Source: Chitinophagaceae bacterium (lineage in GTDB: Bacteria; Bacteroidota; Bacteroidia; Chitinophagales; Chitinophagaceae). Taken from it: DNA of 40,268 nt. Position numbers and translations under genes: made by a program. Shown piece by piece: positions 27,025 through 38,291 of the stretch; position 1 is the first letter of the stretch; every line of letters begins with the position of its first letter. A model generated the notes under the pieces. It was given only the letters and a program-made list of their open reading frames with translations, did not search any database and was not told where the DNA came from. The stretch lies in NCBI GenBank assembly GCA_008080615.1, contig VIKJ01000001.1:16647-56914 (forward strand). The letters run 5' to 3'.

Positions 27025-28383
27025 TTAATTTTCCAGAATGATTTTTACTTGTTTAACCAATGCATCTATATCTCCTGCACCAGCCATTACAACCAGCTTT
27101 GGCTTCGTATCCTTGATATAATTTAAAAAAGCGTCTTTCTCCAAAACCTGTTTTTTTTCCAACTGCATTTTCTGCAATAGCATTTGGCTATTAACCCCCT
27201 CTATTGGTAATTCACGAGCAGGATAAATAGGCAACAGAATTACTTCATCCGCTTTATCTAAACTCAATGCAAAAGCATCGGCCTGATCTTTCGTTCTACT
27301 AAATAAATGCGGTTGAAATACCAACGTGAGTTGATCGTTGGGGAAAATACTTTTCACACCAGCAATCAACGCATTTAATTCTTCGGGGTGATGGGCATAA
27401 TCATCAATTACAATATGTTGATCGGTTTTAAGGGCATATTCAAACCTTCTTCTTACTCCTTTAAAATCGGCCACCGCAGTTCTAATTTTTCCATCACTGA
27501 TACCAATGTGCTTAGCAACTGTTACTGCAGCCAAAATATTGTCGATATTATGCAGCCCTCCCATATGCAACACCATATCGGTTAATTCCCATTTTTTTCC
27601 TACGATGGTAAAATAGTAACTACCCTTATTTACTTTAAGGTCTTTTATATGAACATCAGCTGCTGCATTTTGATGATCATAAGTATATTCATGAGCTGCG
27701 TGTAATTCTTGTTGACGAGACAAACCTAGTTTTGTTACTAAACAACCACCTTCCTTTACTTTATGAGCAAATTGTACAAAAGCATTTTCTACTTCTTCGG
27801 CAGTTCCATAAATATCTAAGTGATCGGGATCCATGGAAGTGATGACTGCCACATTAGGAAAGAGCTTTAAAAAACTTCTATCATACTCATCGGCTTCAAC
27901 TACTACCACATTGTTTTCATGGCTCCAAAAATTGGTATTATAATTAGCAGCAATCCCACCTAAAAAAGCATTGCATCCATAACCCGAATGCCTTAGTATA
28001 TGGGCAATCATAGAGGTTACGGTTGTTTTTCCATGTGTTCCTGCAACACAAATATTGAATGAGTTTTCTGTGATCCATTGTAAAATATCACTTCGTTTTA
28101 CAACAGTAAACTCATGTTGTTGATAATATACCAGCTCTGAATGGTTAGCAGGAATAGCAGGCGTATATACAACCACATCAGCATCCATTGGCGCTAGTGA
28201 TAGGTCTTCGGAATAATGAATAGCAATCCCTTCGCTTTCTAAAGCAGTAGTGAGTGGAGTAACCGTTTTATCGTATCCGCTAACATTTACACCTTTGGCT
28301 AAAAAATAGCGAGCAAGCGCACTCATACCGATACCACCGATACCAATAAAATATATTTTGTTGATTTGTGCTAATTTATTCAT
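27025..28383 (-). CDS. murC: UDP-N-acetylmuramate--L-alanine ligase
   Basis: FIGIGGIGMSALA, AGTHGKTT, EADEYDRSF, DDYAHHP and FQPHLFSRT motifs. Confidence 0.97.
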   Translation of the reverse strand: MNKLAQINKIYFIGIGGIGMSALARYFLAKGVNVSGYDKTVTPLTTALESEGIAIHYSEDLSLAPMDADVVVYTPAIPANHSELVYYQQHEFTVVKRSDILQWITENSFNICVAGTHGKTTVTSMIAHILRHSGYGCNAFLGGIAANYNTNFWSHENNVVVVEADEYDRSFLKLFPNVAVITSMDPDHLDIYGTAEEVENAFVQFAHKVKEGGCLVTKLGLSRQQELHAAHEYTYDHQNAAADVHIKDLKVNKGSYYFTIVGKKWELTDMVLHMGGLHNIDNILAAVTVAKHIGISDGKIRTAVADFKGVRRRFEYALKTDQHIVIDDYAHHPEELNALIAGVKSIFPNDQLTLVFQPHLFSRTKDQADAFALSLDKADEVILLPIYPARELPIEGVNSQMLLQKMQLEKKQVLEKDAFLNYIKDTKPKLVVMAGAGDIDALVKQVKIILEN

Positions 28384-29471
28384 GCAATTAATTTCACAAT
28401 TTCGTTGGCAATGAGTTGATCTGCATTGGCAATACCCAATGGTTTTATATGATTGATTAATTGTTCCTGTGCTTCTTTGTTAAGGGCAAGCTCTACTACT
28501 TTATTCACCAATGTACTGCCTGCATCAGCGTCTTTCACTATCCAAGCAGCCTGTTCATTTACCAATTGCATGGCATTGGCAGTTTGGTGATCTTCGGCAG
28601 CATGGGGATAGGGAACCAATATAGCAGGCTTTGCCACAACAGCAATTTCAGCAACCGTCATAGCTCCCGATCTACTGATGATGATATCTGCAGCAGCAAA
28701 AGCATATTCCATATCCTGAATAAATTCACTAATGTATAAATTGCCCTTGGTTGATGTTTCACTTGCATATTTAGCTGCATTTGTTTTACCAGTTTGCCAA
28801 ATCAATTGAAGATGATTTTTTTCAAAAGCAGCAATTCCATTTAGCAAAGCTTCATTAATACTTGCTGCACCTAAGCTTCCTCCAACAGCCAATATAGTGG
28901 TAGCATGTTCATTTAAACCAAAATAAGCAATGCCTTGGCTGCGAGTAATTTGGTGATTGGCAATGGAAGAACGTATAGGATTTCCGGTAACCATTATTTT
29001 ACTAGCAGGAAAAAATTGTTCCATACCAGTAGTTGCAACAAATATTTTAGTGGCATTCTTCCCAAGTAATAGATTTGATTTTCCTGCAAAAGAATTGCTT
29101 TCGTGAATAAAAGTAGGAATGCTTTTTGATTGAGCATAACGCAAAACAGGAAAAGAAGAATATCCACCTACACCAATCACGGCATTGGGTTTAAATTTTC
29201 TGAATATAGTTTGTACTTGCAGAAAACTCAACATCAACTTATAAGGCAGATTGATATTTTTAAGAAGGGATGATCTGTTAAACCCAGCAATATCAAGCCC
29301 TTCAATAGCATATCCAGCTTTAGGCACTTTCTCCATTTCCATTTTACCTTTTGCTCCAACAAACAAAAAAGCAGCATCAGGTACAATGGCTTTGATGGCA
29401 TTGGCAATGGCAATGGCCGGAAAAATATGTCCGCCCGTTCCTCCTCCTGCTATAATAAAACGTTTACTCAA
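28380..29471 (-). CDS. murG: Lipid II GlcNAc transferase
   Basis: GGGTGGHIFP, GGY, HESN, TGNPIR, GGSLGA, SRSGA and DHQTANA motifs. Confidence 0.97.
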   Translation of the reverse strand: MSKRFIIAGGGTGGHIFPAIAIANAIKAIVPDAAFLFVGAKGKMEMEKVPKAGYAIEGLDIAGFNRSSLLKNINLPYKLMLSFLQVQTIFRKFKPNAVIGVGGYSSFPVLRYAQSKSIPTFIHESNSFAGKSNLLLGKNATKIFVATTGMEQFFPASKIMVTGNPIRSSIANHQITRSQGIAYFGLNEHATTILAVGGSLGAASINEALLNGIAAFEKNHLQLIWQTGKTNAAKYASETSTKGNLYISEFIQDMEYAFAAADIIISRSGAMTVAEIAVVAKPAILVPYPHAAEDHQTANAMQLVNEQAAWIVKDADAGSTLVNKVVELALNKEAQEQLINHIKPLGIANADQLIANEIVKLIA

Positions 29472-29475
29472 TTGC

Positions 29476-30771
29476 TTAATTTGTTTCTGTTATTACTGCC
29501 GGCTGAGGCGTTATTGTTGCTGGTGTTTTTCCTTCTAACTGCTCTACATTTCTTGCAACACTTAATACAATTCCTATAGCAGCACAAGTAAATAAAAATG
29601 AACTACCCCGCATGCTTACCAACGGAAGAGTTACTCCAGTAACTGGAACCAGGTTTACATTTACCGCCATATTGGCTACCGCCTGAATTACTAATGTAAA
29701 ACTGAGCCCAAGTGCCAAGAATGCACCAAATGCATAGGGGCATCTTCTAAATATTTTAATGCACCTGAATAAAAAAACCAGGTAAATAAAAATCATAAAT
29801 GCACCACCCAATAAACCGTATTCTTCTATAATGATTGAATAAATAAAGTCGTTATACGCTTGTGGAAGAAAATTTCTTTGTTGACTATTTCCAGGACCTA
29901 AGCCAAAAAATATACCCCCGTTAGAAATAGCTATTTTAGCTTGTTGAACCTGATAGGGAGATTCTTTATCATTGGCATACATAAAATCCTGAACCCGTTT
30001 TACCCAAGTACCAAAACGACCCATCGATTTCATTTTTTCGGCCACAACGGGCTTGGCAAAATCTTCTTTTGCTTTACCATCATAAGTAAGCATGGCAACC
30101 GAAATAATAAAACCCACAGGTATCATGGCAATCAGGATGGTTAGTAAAATATGTTTCATGCTAACCCTGCCAATAAACATTAATAGTAAAGAAGTAGCAC
30201 CAGTAAGTAATGCATTAGATAAATTTGCTGGCATAATCAATGCGCAAATAATCAGCACTGGCGTTACTACCGGAAGAAATCCTTTTTTAAAGTCTTTAAT
30301 AAATTCCTGCTTTTTACTCAGCAGTTTAGAGATATACATAAACAGCGCCAGCTTGGCAAAATCACTTGTTTGTATGGTAAGATTAATGATGGGCAGTTTA
30401 ATCCAACGGCTACCATCATTAATTTTAGCACCAAAAAACAAGGTATATAATAAAAGCGGCACAGAAATCATAAACAAGATGGTGGCCACTTTAGAAAAGA
30501 AAGAATAGTTAACCCTATGCAAAAAATAAATAGTCAATAACCCAATTAACGTAAATACCAATTGTTTAAATAAATAAATATTGGCATTGCCTTTATACAT
30601 TTTATAAGCCAAAGAACCCGTTGCACTATATACTACCAATATAGATACCAACGACAATACCACTACAATACCCCAGATATATTTATCTCCGCGGGTTCTG
30701 TTTACCAGCTGGCTTCTCATGCCTTCTACGCTGGGTATTTGAGAAAATAGGGTATCGTTTATTTCGGGCAT
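29476..30771 (-). CDS. ftsW: SEDS peptidoglycan polymerase FtsW
   Basis: RWI...QTSDFAK, YQVQQAKIA, NDFIYSIIIEEYG and PVTGVTLPLVS motifs; dcw position. Confidence 0.95.
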   Translation of the reverse strand: MPEINDTLFSQIPSVEGMRSQLVNRTRGDKYIWGIVVVLSLVSILVVYSATGSLAYKMYKGNANIYLFKQLVFTLIGLLTIYFLHRVNYSFFSKVATILFMISVPLLLYTLFFGAKINDGSRWIKLPIINLTIQTSDFAKLALFMYISKLLSKKQEFIKDFKKGFLPVVTPVLIICALIMPANLSNALLTGATSLLLMFIGRVSMKHILLTILIAMIPVGFIISVAMLTYDGKAKEDFAKPVVAEKMKSMGRFGTWVKRVQDFMYANDKESPYQVQQAKIAISNGGIFFGLGPGNSQQRNFLPQAYNDFIYSIIIEEYGLLGGAFMIFIYLVFLFRCIKIFRRCPYAFGAFLALGLSFTLVIQAVANMAVNVNLVPVTGVTLPLVSMRGSSFLFTCAAIGIVLSVARNVEQLEGKTPATITPQPAVITETN

Positions 30772-30772
30772 A

Positions 30773-32113
30773 CTACAATTCTTTCACTGCTTCTTTAAAT
30801 TGAGTTCCACGGTCTTCATAGTTCTTAAATAAATCGAAGCTGGCACAAGCTGGGCTTAACAAAACCACATCTTCTTTTGTTGCAGAACGAAAAGCAGCAT
30901 TTACCGCTTTTTTAGCACTGTCTGTTTCAATTATAACAGGAACAATGTCTTTAAAAGCTTCGATGATTTTTTTATTATCAACGCCCATACAAATAATCGC
31001 TTTCACTTTTTCTTTCACTAGTTCGGTAATGAGAGAATAGTCGTTTCCTTTATCCGTTCCGCCCAAAATTAAAATGGTAGGTTTATTCATACTCTCTAGT
31101 GCATACCAAGTACTGTTTACATTGGTGGCTTTACTGTCGTTGATGAATTCAATACCCCTCACCATTGCAACAAATTCCATTCGGTGCTCTAGGCTATGAA
31201 AATTCTTTACGGCTTCGCGGATTTTTTCCTTTCGAATACCAATCGTAGCTGCTGCAACACCCGCTGCCATCGTATTACTCTGGTTATGTTTACCCTTTAA
31301 GGCAAAATCATAAATGCTCATGCTTACTCTTTCTTCTTGGATGCGCAGCATCATCTGGTCGCCCTTGATGAAGCCGCCTTTTTTTACTTCGTGTTTCATA
31401 GAGAATGGTAGTGGGTTAGTATATGTGGTTAGTAATGGGAGTTTGTTGGTGATTACTTCGTCATCGTAATTATAAATGAAGTAATCGGAGCTTGTTTGAT
31501 TTTCGATGATCCTGAACTTGCTATTCACATAGTTCTCGAATTGATAATCATAACGATCTAAATGATCTTCGGTGATATTGAGCAAGAGGCTTACATCTGC
31601 TCTAAACGTTTTTATATCGTCTAATTGAAATGAACTTATTTCGGCTATATACCATTCTTTGGGATCTTCAGCAACCTGCCTTGCAAAAGAGTAGCCGATA
31701 TTTCCTACAAGGGCACAATCCAGTTCGGCTGTTTTACAAATATGGTATATGAGAGAGGTAGTAGTGCTTTTTCCGTTACTGCCAGTAATGGCAATTATTT
31801 TACTACTACCCTTATATCGATAGGCTAATTCAATTTCACTAATTACTTGGATTCCCTTTGCACGAATGGCTCTCATCATGTCATTCTTTTCTGGAATGCC
31901 CGGGCTCTTAACTACTTCATCTGCAGCCAAAATTCGTTCTACACTATGTGATCCTTCTTCAAATTCAATTTCTCCAAGCTGTAATTCTTTTTTATAAATT
32001 TCTTTCAGCTTACCACCATCACTTAAGAACACATCATAGCCTTGTTGCTTAGCTAATATAGCAGCACCAACTCCACTTTCGCCCCCACCTAATATGATGA
32101 TCTTTTTGGCCAC
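30773..32113 (-). CDS. murD: UDP-MurNAc-L-Ala--D-glutamate ligase
   Basis: SPGIP, ITGSNGKSTT, EISSFQL, DHLDRY, NDSKATN and LSPACASFDLF motifs. Confidence 0.97.
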   Translation of the reverse strand: MAKKIIILGGGESGVGAAILAKQQGYDVFLSDGGKLKEIYKKELQLGEIEFEEGSHSVERILAADEVVKSPGIPEKNDMMRAIRAKGIQVISEIELAYRYKGSSKIIAITGSNGKSTTTSLIYHICKTAELDCALVGNIGYSFARQVAEDPKEWYIAEISSFQLDDIKTFRADVSLLLNITEDHLDRYDYQFENYVNSKFRIIENQTSSDYFIYNYDDEVITNKLPLLTTYTNPLPFSMKHEVKKGGFIKGDQMMLRIQEERVSMSIYDFALKGKHNQSNTMAAGVAAATIGIRKEKIREAVKNFHSLEHRMEFVAMVRGIEFINDSKATNVNSTWYALESMNKPTILILGGTDKGNDYSLITELVKEKVKAIICMGVDNKKIIEAFKDIVPVIIETDSAKKAVNAAFRSATKEDVVLLSPACASFDLFKNYEDRGTQFKEAVKEL

Positions 32114-32119
32114 GTTTAT

Positions 32120-33430
32120 TTATCTAATTTTTAATGTTACAATACTCAATACCACACAAATAATGGTGATGATCCAAAACCGAACAGCAATTTTACTTTC
32201 GTGAAATCCTTTTTTCTGATAGTGATGGTGCAAAGGACTCATTAAGAAAACACGCCTACCCTCACCAAATTTTTTCTTGGTGTATTTAAAATAACTTACT
32301 TGAATAATCACACTCAATGTTTCTACAAAAAACACAGCACATAAAATAACTACTAGTAATTCTTTGCGAACAATAATGGCTAAGGATGCAATGATACCGC
32401 CCAGTGCAAGGCTTCCTGTATCACCCATAAACACCTGCGCAGGAAATGCATTGTACCAAAGAAACCCAATACAAGCACCTACCATTGCACCTACAAAAAT
32501 GGAGAGCTCACCCAAATTGGGGATATACATCACATCAAAGTAATCGGCAAAAATATAGTTACCACTTATGTATATTAATATACCCAAGCCTGCCCCTATA
32601 ATGGCACTCACGCCAGCAGCTAATCCATCTAATCCGTCTGTTAAATTGGCGCCATTTGATACAGCCGTTATGATAAATGTTACAATGAGTATATAAACTA
32701 TCCAGGTATATTTTTCAGCGCCAGGGCCAATCCAGCTAATGAGCTTACTATAATTAAACTGATGATTTTTTACAAAAGGAATAGTAGTAATGGGGGTTTT
32801 AACTTTTACAAACCTTTTCTCAATACCATTTAATTTACGCACAATGATATTTGAATCTTTTGCAAGGCGCTCCCCTTTTTGCAATTGTGCTTGGGGGCTG
32901 GTAATTACTTCGCGCTCTACAGTAACTGCATTGCTAAAATAAAGGGTAAGACCTACAATAATTCCCAATCCTACTTGTCCAATAATTTTTGAGATGCCAG
33001 CCAATCCATCAGAATCTTTTTTCTTATACGCTTCACCTTTTCCCTGAGCTTCTTTTCTTGCCCTAATTTTAAACAGATCATCTAAGAATCCAATGATACC
33101 CAACCATACGGTACAAAGAATCATTAAACGGATATATACTTTATCTAAATTGGCAAATAAAAGTGTAGGAATTAAAATACTTAGGAGGATAATAATACCG
33201 CCCATTGTTGGAGTGCCTTTTTTTTGTGCTTGGCCTTCTAAACCAAGATCTCTCACACTTTCGCCAATTTGTTTATGCTTTAAAAACAGGATAATCCTTT
33301 TACCGTAAACTGTTGCGATTACCAATGATAGAATAATAGACATGGCAATACGAAAAGTAAGAAACTGAAACAGCCCAGTACCTGGAATATGGTAAGATTT
33401 GTTTAGCCAGTTAAATAAATAGTATAGCAT
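32120..33430 (-). CDS. mraY: Phospho-MurNAc-pentapeptide transferase
   Basis: [31 protein letters not shown] and PLHHHY motifs. Confidence 0.97.
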   Translation of the reverse strand: MLYYLFNWLNKSYHIPGTGLFQFLTFRIAMSIILSLVIATVYGKRIILFLKHKQIGESVRDLGLEGQAQKKGTPTMGGIIILLSILIPTLLFANLDKVYIRLMILCTVWLGIIGFLDDLFKIRARKEAQGKGEAYKKKDSDGLAGISKIIGQVGLGIIVGLTLYFSNAVTVEREVITSPQAQLQKGERLAKDSNIIVRKLNGIEKRFVKVKTPITTIPFVKNHQFNYSKLISWIGPGAEKYTWIVYILIVTFIITAVSNGANLTDGLDGLAAGVSAIIGAGLGILIYISGNYIFADYFDVMYIPNLGELSIFVGAMVGACIGFLWYNAFPAQVFMGDTGSLALGGIIASLAIIVRKELLVVILCAVFFVETLSVIIQVSYFKYTKKKFGEGRRVFLMSPLHHHYQKKGFHESKIAVRFWIITIICVVLSIVTLKIR

Positions 33431-33434
33431 GCTA

Positions 33435-34910
33435 TTAGTTGTTTATGTTTTTATGATTCATGGTAAATGCTTCTTGTAAAACAAGTTTATCATCAAACGG
33501 ATGTTTAACTCCTTTTATATCCTGGTATTTTTCATGTCCTTTTCCAGCTACCAATATGATGTCTTCTGGTTTTGCAACTGCAACAGCTTGTGCAATAGCT
33601 TCCTTTCTATCAACGATGGTGATGTACTTTCTTTTAGCAGAACTACTCAGTCCTGTTTCCATATCCTTCAAAATTTGTTCGGGATCTTCTGTTCTGGGGT
33701 TATCGCTGGTAAGAATCACTCGATCACTTAAATCACAGGCAGCTTGTGCCATAATTGGGCGCTTGGTTTTATCTCTATCACCACCACAACCAACAACAGT
33801 AATAATTTGCTCGTAGCCCTTGCGCAATTTTTTTATGGTAGCCAACACATTTTCCAAGGCATCAGGTGTATGGGCATAATCTACAATACCAATTATTTTT
33901 TCTTTGCTTATGATATAATCAAATCTTCCTTCGGCACCACTAAGCAAACTCAATGCAGTTAGTACTTCATCGCTATTTTGACCCAAGCAAACAGCAGCTC
34001 CGTATACAGCCAATAAATTATACGCATTAAATTCTCCAATCAATCTAAAATGCACTTCTTTATCATTCACGGTCATTACCAAACCAGTTAGTGCATTTTC
34101 TAAAATCTTCCCTTTAAATTCAGCCAATGTTTTTAAGCTATATAAATATTTAGTAGCAAGTGTATTTTGCAACATCACTTCACCACGCTTATCATCAGCA
34201 TTAGAAATGGCAAATGCAGTAGCGGGCAAATGGTCAAAAAAACTTTTTTTAACCCTTATGTATTCATCAAAAATTTTGTGATAATCTAAATGATCATGGG
34301 TAATATTGCTAAACAATGCACCTGTAAAACTTAACCCAGTAATTCTGTGTTGATGAATGGCATGGCTGCTGCATTCCATAAAAACATAAGAGCAACCATC
34401 ATTCACCATTTTTTGTAATAAAGCATTCAGGCTAATTGAATCTGGGGTAGTATGAGTAGATGGAATAACCGTATCATTAATTTGATTCTGAACGGTACTA
34501 ATTAAACCACAGCTATATCCCAGTTGTTTAAATAATTTAAATAAAACAGTAGCAATGGTAGTTTTTCCATTAGTACCAGTAACACCTACCAATTTTATTT
34601 TTGCAGAAGGATGATCAAAAAATTCAGTAGCCATTAAAGCAGCAGCTTGCTGCGTATCATTTACCAATAAATAAGTAATGCCCTCTACCAATTGTTCGGG
34701 CAATTGCATGCAAACAATGGCAACTGCTCCCATATTAATGGCCTTGGTTATATATAAATGGCCATCTTGTTGAACACCACTGATAGCAACAAATACAGTA
34801 CCGCTTACTACTTTACGGGAATCTATTTCAATAGCAGTAATAGGAATCAATAGATCGCCTATTTGCTTTTTGATTTGGATTGTTTGTACTAATTGTTGCA
34901 GTGTTTTCAT
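33435..34910 (-). CDS. murE: UDP-MurNAc-dipeptide--meso-DAP ligase
   Basis: [33 protein letters not shown] (DAP specificity) and AGKGHE motifs. The ATG at 34910 is preferred to the TTG at 34928. Confidence 0.96.
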   Translation of the reverse strand: MKTLQQLVQTIQIKKQIGDLLIPITAIEIDSRKVVSGTVFVAISGVQQDGHLYITKAINMGAVAIVCMQLPEQLVEGITYLLVNDTQQAAALMATEFFDHPSAKIKLVGVTGTNGKTTIATVLFKLFKQLGYSCGLISTVQNQINDTVIPSTHTTPDSISLNALLQKMVNDGCSYVFMECSSHAIHQHRITGLSFTGALFSNITHDHLDYHKIFDEYIRVKKSFFDHLPATAFAISNADDKRGEVMLQNTLATKYLYSLKTLAEFKGKILENALTGLVMTVNDKEVHFRLIGEFNAYNLLAVYGAAVCLGQNSDEVLTALSLLSGAEGRFDYIISKEKIIGIVDYAHTPDALENVLATIKKLRKGYEQIITVVGCGGDRDKTKRPIMAQAACDLSDRVILTSDNPRTEDPEQILKDMETGLSSSAKRKYITIVDRKEAIAQAVAVAKPEDIILVAGKGHEKYQDIKGVKHPFDDKLVLQEAFTMNHKNINN

Positions 34911-34924
34911 ATGCCTGTTCAAAA

Positions 34925-37036
34925 TCAATTAAGTGATAAAAAAATTTGTTGACCTCTTGCAATCATTTGGCCTGGTACTATTGATTGCTCAGCTACCCTA
35001 CCCCTTCCTTTAATATTTACCATCAGGCCCATTTCTTCGCATAAGTAAATGGCATCTTTTAACCCCATACCTTTTAATAGCGGCATGGATTTGTCGTTGA
35101 TTTGTTTTTTCTGAAGAACTAAAGCAGCGTTGTTGTTTTGAATACTACTCCACAAATCGGCCCTGCCAGTTGAATCTTTATAATTCAACTTTAATTGTTG
35201 CGATAAATAAGTAATGTCTTGCTTATAACCTGTGTACTGAAAAGGAATACTGTCTGATTTTTTATTGCTGGCAAGTGTTGTTTTTGTTCCACGTAAATAA
35301 GTGCTGTATAATCTATCGGCAATTTCTTTAAACACAGGACCTGCTACTGAAGCGCCATAAAAAACAGGAGCAAATGGTTTGTTCTTAATCACAACTACAC
35401 AGGTATACTGAGGATTTTCTGCAGGAAAATATCCTGCAAAAGAGGATTGATAAATTTTACTAGCATAGCCTTTATTGCCATCAGCAACCAAGGCAGTTCC
35501 TGTTTTACCACCCACTTTATAAGGTGAATTAGCAAATAAAGATTTAGCAGTTCCTTCTGTGCAAACTCCTTCTAAACAAGATCTGAGTAAGGCCAATGTT
35601 GCATCACTGCAAATTTTAGCATCTAATACAGTTGGCTGAAATTCCTTTAATACAATACCTTCTTCTTTTACACTGCTTACTAAGTAAGGTTTTAAAATAA
35701 CGCCGTTATTGGCTACAGCATTATAAAGCAAGGCAGTTTGTAAAGGGCTTACAGATAAATTATATCCAAAAGCCATCCAAGGCAAAGTAGTTGGGCCCCA
35801 AAATCTTCCGCCGGGTTTATATATTACAGGTGTTCTTTCACCAACCAAATCAATACCAGTTACGGTATCCATTCTCATTTTATTGAGGTGTTTTAAAAAC
35901 TGATTGGGATTGCCTGAATAATGTGTAACGGCCATTTTAGCCATTGCAACATTCGAACTCAATTCAAAAGCATGCTTTACAGTTACTTCATTTTCTTTAT
36001 GTACTTCAGAATCATATACTGTTTGACCAGCTATTCTCCATGCGCCATTTTCTAAAGTGATGATTTGATTGAGGGAAACTTTTTTATCTTCCAATAAAGC
36101 CATCATGGTAGCCAACTTAAAAGTAGAGCCAGGTTCAGAAGGACTAATAGCATAATTCAAGTCTTCCCAATAAACACCCGTAGCTTTTTTACCTAGGTTG
36201 GCAATGGCTTTAATTTTACCTGTTTTGGTTTCCATCACTATGGCACATCCATTGTCCGCATCATTTTGCACCATCATTTTCATCAATGCCGATTCTGTTA
36301 CGTCTTGAATAAATACATCGATAGTGCTTACAATATCTTTACCTGTTTCGGGTTCAATTAAATAAGTATCATCTACCGGAACACCTACCCCACCTGCAAT
36401 AGAACGAACTGTTTGCTTTCCATTACGACCTTTTAGTAAACTATCATAGGTTTTTTCTAAACCTACTTTATTGGAATCTCTAGCTAAACCAATTGTTCTA
36501 AATGCCAACATTTGATAGGGATTGAGGCGAATGGTTTTTTCGTTGGCAATCAATCCGCTTTTGTAACGTCCTAATTTGAATAAAGGAAATCTTCTCAGCT
36601 CGTCGTATTCCCTGAAAGAAATTTTCTTCTTCAGTAAAAAATATCCGTCTTCTGCTTTATATCCTTGAACCAAAATGGTTTTGTATTCGGCAGCAGTTTG
36701 GTCTTTAAATAATTTAGCTAAATAGAAACTGAGGGAATCTACATTTTCGCGAAACAATTTTCCATTCTTTTCGTGTAAAGAAGCCACCCGAAAATCTATA
36801 TAAATATCAAATTGAGGAATGCTGGTACTAAGCATTTGCCCATCTTCACTATATATTGTACCTCTTTCAGCTTCAATTTCATCAATACGCTGATGTAAGC
36901 TATCACTCATACTGCGCCACTTAGTACCTTCTACTTGTTGAATGTAAACAGCCTTACCAAAAATGGCTACGCAAGCAATCACCACCAGTATATAACTGAG
37001 GTACACTCTCCATAATATGTCGCGTTTTACTTCCAT
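34925..37036 (-). CDS. ftsI: Class B penicillin-binding protein (FtsI/PBP3) with C-terminal PASTA-like domain
   Basis: EPGSTFK (SxxK), SSNV (SxN) and GKTGTA (KTG) motifs; N-terminal TM. Confidence 0.93.
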   Translation of the reverse strand: MEVKRDILWRVYLSYILVVIACVAIFGKAVYIQQVEGTKWRSMSDSLHQRIDEIEAERGTIYSEDGQMLSTSIPQFDIYIDFRVASLHEKNGKLFRENVDSLSFYLAKLFKDQTAAEYKTILVQGYKAEDGYFLLKKKISFREYDELRRFPLFKLGRYKSGLIANEKTIRLNPYQMLAFRTIGLARDSNKVGLEKTYDSLLKGRNGKQTVRSIAGGVGVPVDDTYLIEPETGKDIVSTIDVFIQDVTESALMKMMVQNDADNGCAIVMETKTGKIKAIANLGKKATGVYWEDLNYAISPSEPGSTFKLATMMALLEDKKVSLNQIITLENGAWRIAGQTVYDSEVHKENEVTVKHAFELSSNVAMAKMAVTHYSGNPNQFLKHLNKMRMDTVTGIDLVGERTPVIYKPGGRFWGPTTLPWMAFGYNLSVSPLQTALLYNAVANNGVILKPYLVSSVKEEGIVLKEFQPTVLDAKICSDATLALLRSCLEGVCTEGTAKSLFANSPYKVGGKTGTALVADGNKGYASKIYQSSFAGYFPAENPQYTCVVVIKNKPFAPVFYGASVAGPVFKEIADRLYSTYLRGTKTTLASNKKSDSIPFQYTGYKQDITYLSQQLKLNYKDSTGRADLWSSIQNNNAALVLQKKQINDKSMPLLKGMGLKDAIYLCEEMGLMVNIKGRGRVAEQSIVPGQMIARGQQIFLSLN

Positions 37037-37045
37037 TCTTATTTT

Positions 37046-37372
37046 TTAGCGAGTACTAGCATTAATTCTCGCTGGCATGTCTTTACTAACTTTTAATCCC
37101 AATGGTTCAGAAGCCTTTACAATTTGTGCCTCCTCACTTTTATACATCACTTCACTTTTTAAAGTTTTATACACGTACTGCAATTCTTTCAACTCGTTAT
37201 TAATGGAATTAATTTGTCTGATTGTTCTATCGGCCATATGACCATTGGCAATGTAAAGCACCGCTAAGCCAGAGAGGAAAAGAAAGAAAGTAATATTCTT
37301 TACAATCCACTCGTAGTTAAACAAACCCTTTAATGGGTTCTTGGGATTCACTTTGTTTTCTGGTACGGACAT
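37046..37372 (-). CDS. ftsL: FtsL-like cell division protein (Bacteroidota type)
   Basis: TM helix ending LYIANGH followed by a coiled coil; lies between rsmH and ftsI. Confidence 0.85.
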   Translation of the reverse strand: MSVPENKVNPKNPLKGLFNYEWIVKNITFFLFLSGLAVLYIANGHMADRTIRQINSINNELKELQYVYKTLKSEVMYKSEEAQIVKASEPLGLKVSKDMPARINASTR

Positions 37373-37382
37373 ATATTTTTTA

Positions 37383-38291
37383 CTACAATCTTTCTGCTAC
37401 TCTTAACTTGGCACTTCTACTTCTATTATTGCGTTTTAATTCTTCATCACTAGCCGTTACTGGCTTCTTGTTCACTAGTTTAAACGTGGTATTTTTTGCG
37501 ATTGATTCAAATGGATTATCGGGCATTTCTTCAAAGCTTCCTTGCCTAAAAAAATTCTTCACCATTCTATCTTCAATTGAATGAAATGTAATGATGGCAG
37601 CTCTTCCACCAGGTTTTAATATGGCTCCAAGCTGTTCTAACATTTCCTTCAAAGCACCCATTTCATCATTTACTTCTATGCGAAGCGCCTGAAAAACCTG
37701 GGCTAAATATTTGTTAGGATTTCCTTTCACTACCGAACTAATCAGCGCTTTAAATTGCTCAATGGTTACAAAGGGCAAGTGCGAACGTTGATGAACAATA
37801 TGTTTAGCTAATGTTTTAGCATTGGTTACTTCACCATATTGTTCAAATAATTTATGCAGTTGCGCTTCGGAATATGTTTTAATAATGGTAGCAGCAGTAA
37901 TTGACTGCCTCCGATCCATACGCATATCCATTGGGCCTGCAAAACGAATAGAGAAACCGCGTTCGCCTTCATCAAACTGATGGCTACTAACACCTAAATC
38001 GGCTAGTACACCATCCACTGCAGTAATGCCATGTAAACGAAGAAAGCGCTGGATATGACGAAAATTTTGCGGAACAAATAATACGCGATCATCGTTCTGT
38101 AAATTTTCTTGTGCATCAGCATCCTGATCAAAAGCAATTAAACGCCCATTTTCGTTTAACTGATTCAAAATCCCTTTGCTATGACCGCCACCTCCAAATG
38201 TGCAATCAACGTATATGCCATCCGCTTTAATAGCCAATCCCTCTAGCGTTTCATTAAACAGTACAGGGATATGGTAGTCTATTTGTTGCAT
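37383..38291 (-). CDS. rsmH: 16S rRNA m4C1402 methyltransferase
   Basis: HIPVL, DCTFGGGGHS, DLGVSSHQ, FQALRIEVN, TFHSIEDR and RSRSAKLR motifs. Confidence 0.97.
   Translation of the reverse strand: MQQIDYHIPVLFNETLEGLAIKADGIYVDCTFGGGGHSKGILNQLNENGRLIAFDQDADAQENLQNDDRVLFVPQNFRHIQRFLRLHGITAVDGVLADLGVSSHQFDEGERGFSIRFAGPMDMRMDRRQSITAATIIKTYSEAQLHKLFEQYGEVTNAKTLAKHIVHQRSHLPFVTIEQFKALISSVVKGNPNKYLAQVFQALRIEVNDEMGALKEMLEQLGAILKPGGRAAIITFHSIEDRMVKNFFRQGSFEEMPDNPFESIAKNTTFKLVNKKPVTASDEELKRNNRSRSAKLRVAERL

Noticed and set aside
34270-34282. MurE DYHKIF instead of the common DYHKTF
   Set aside because: A single substitution at a variable position is too weak to call.
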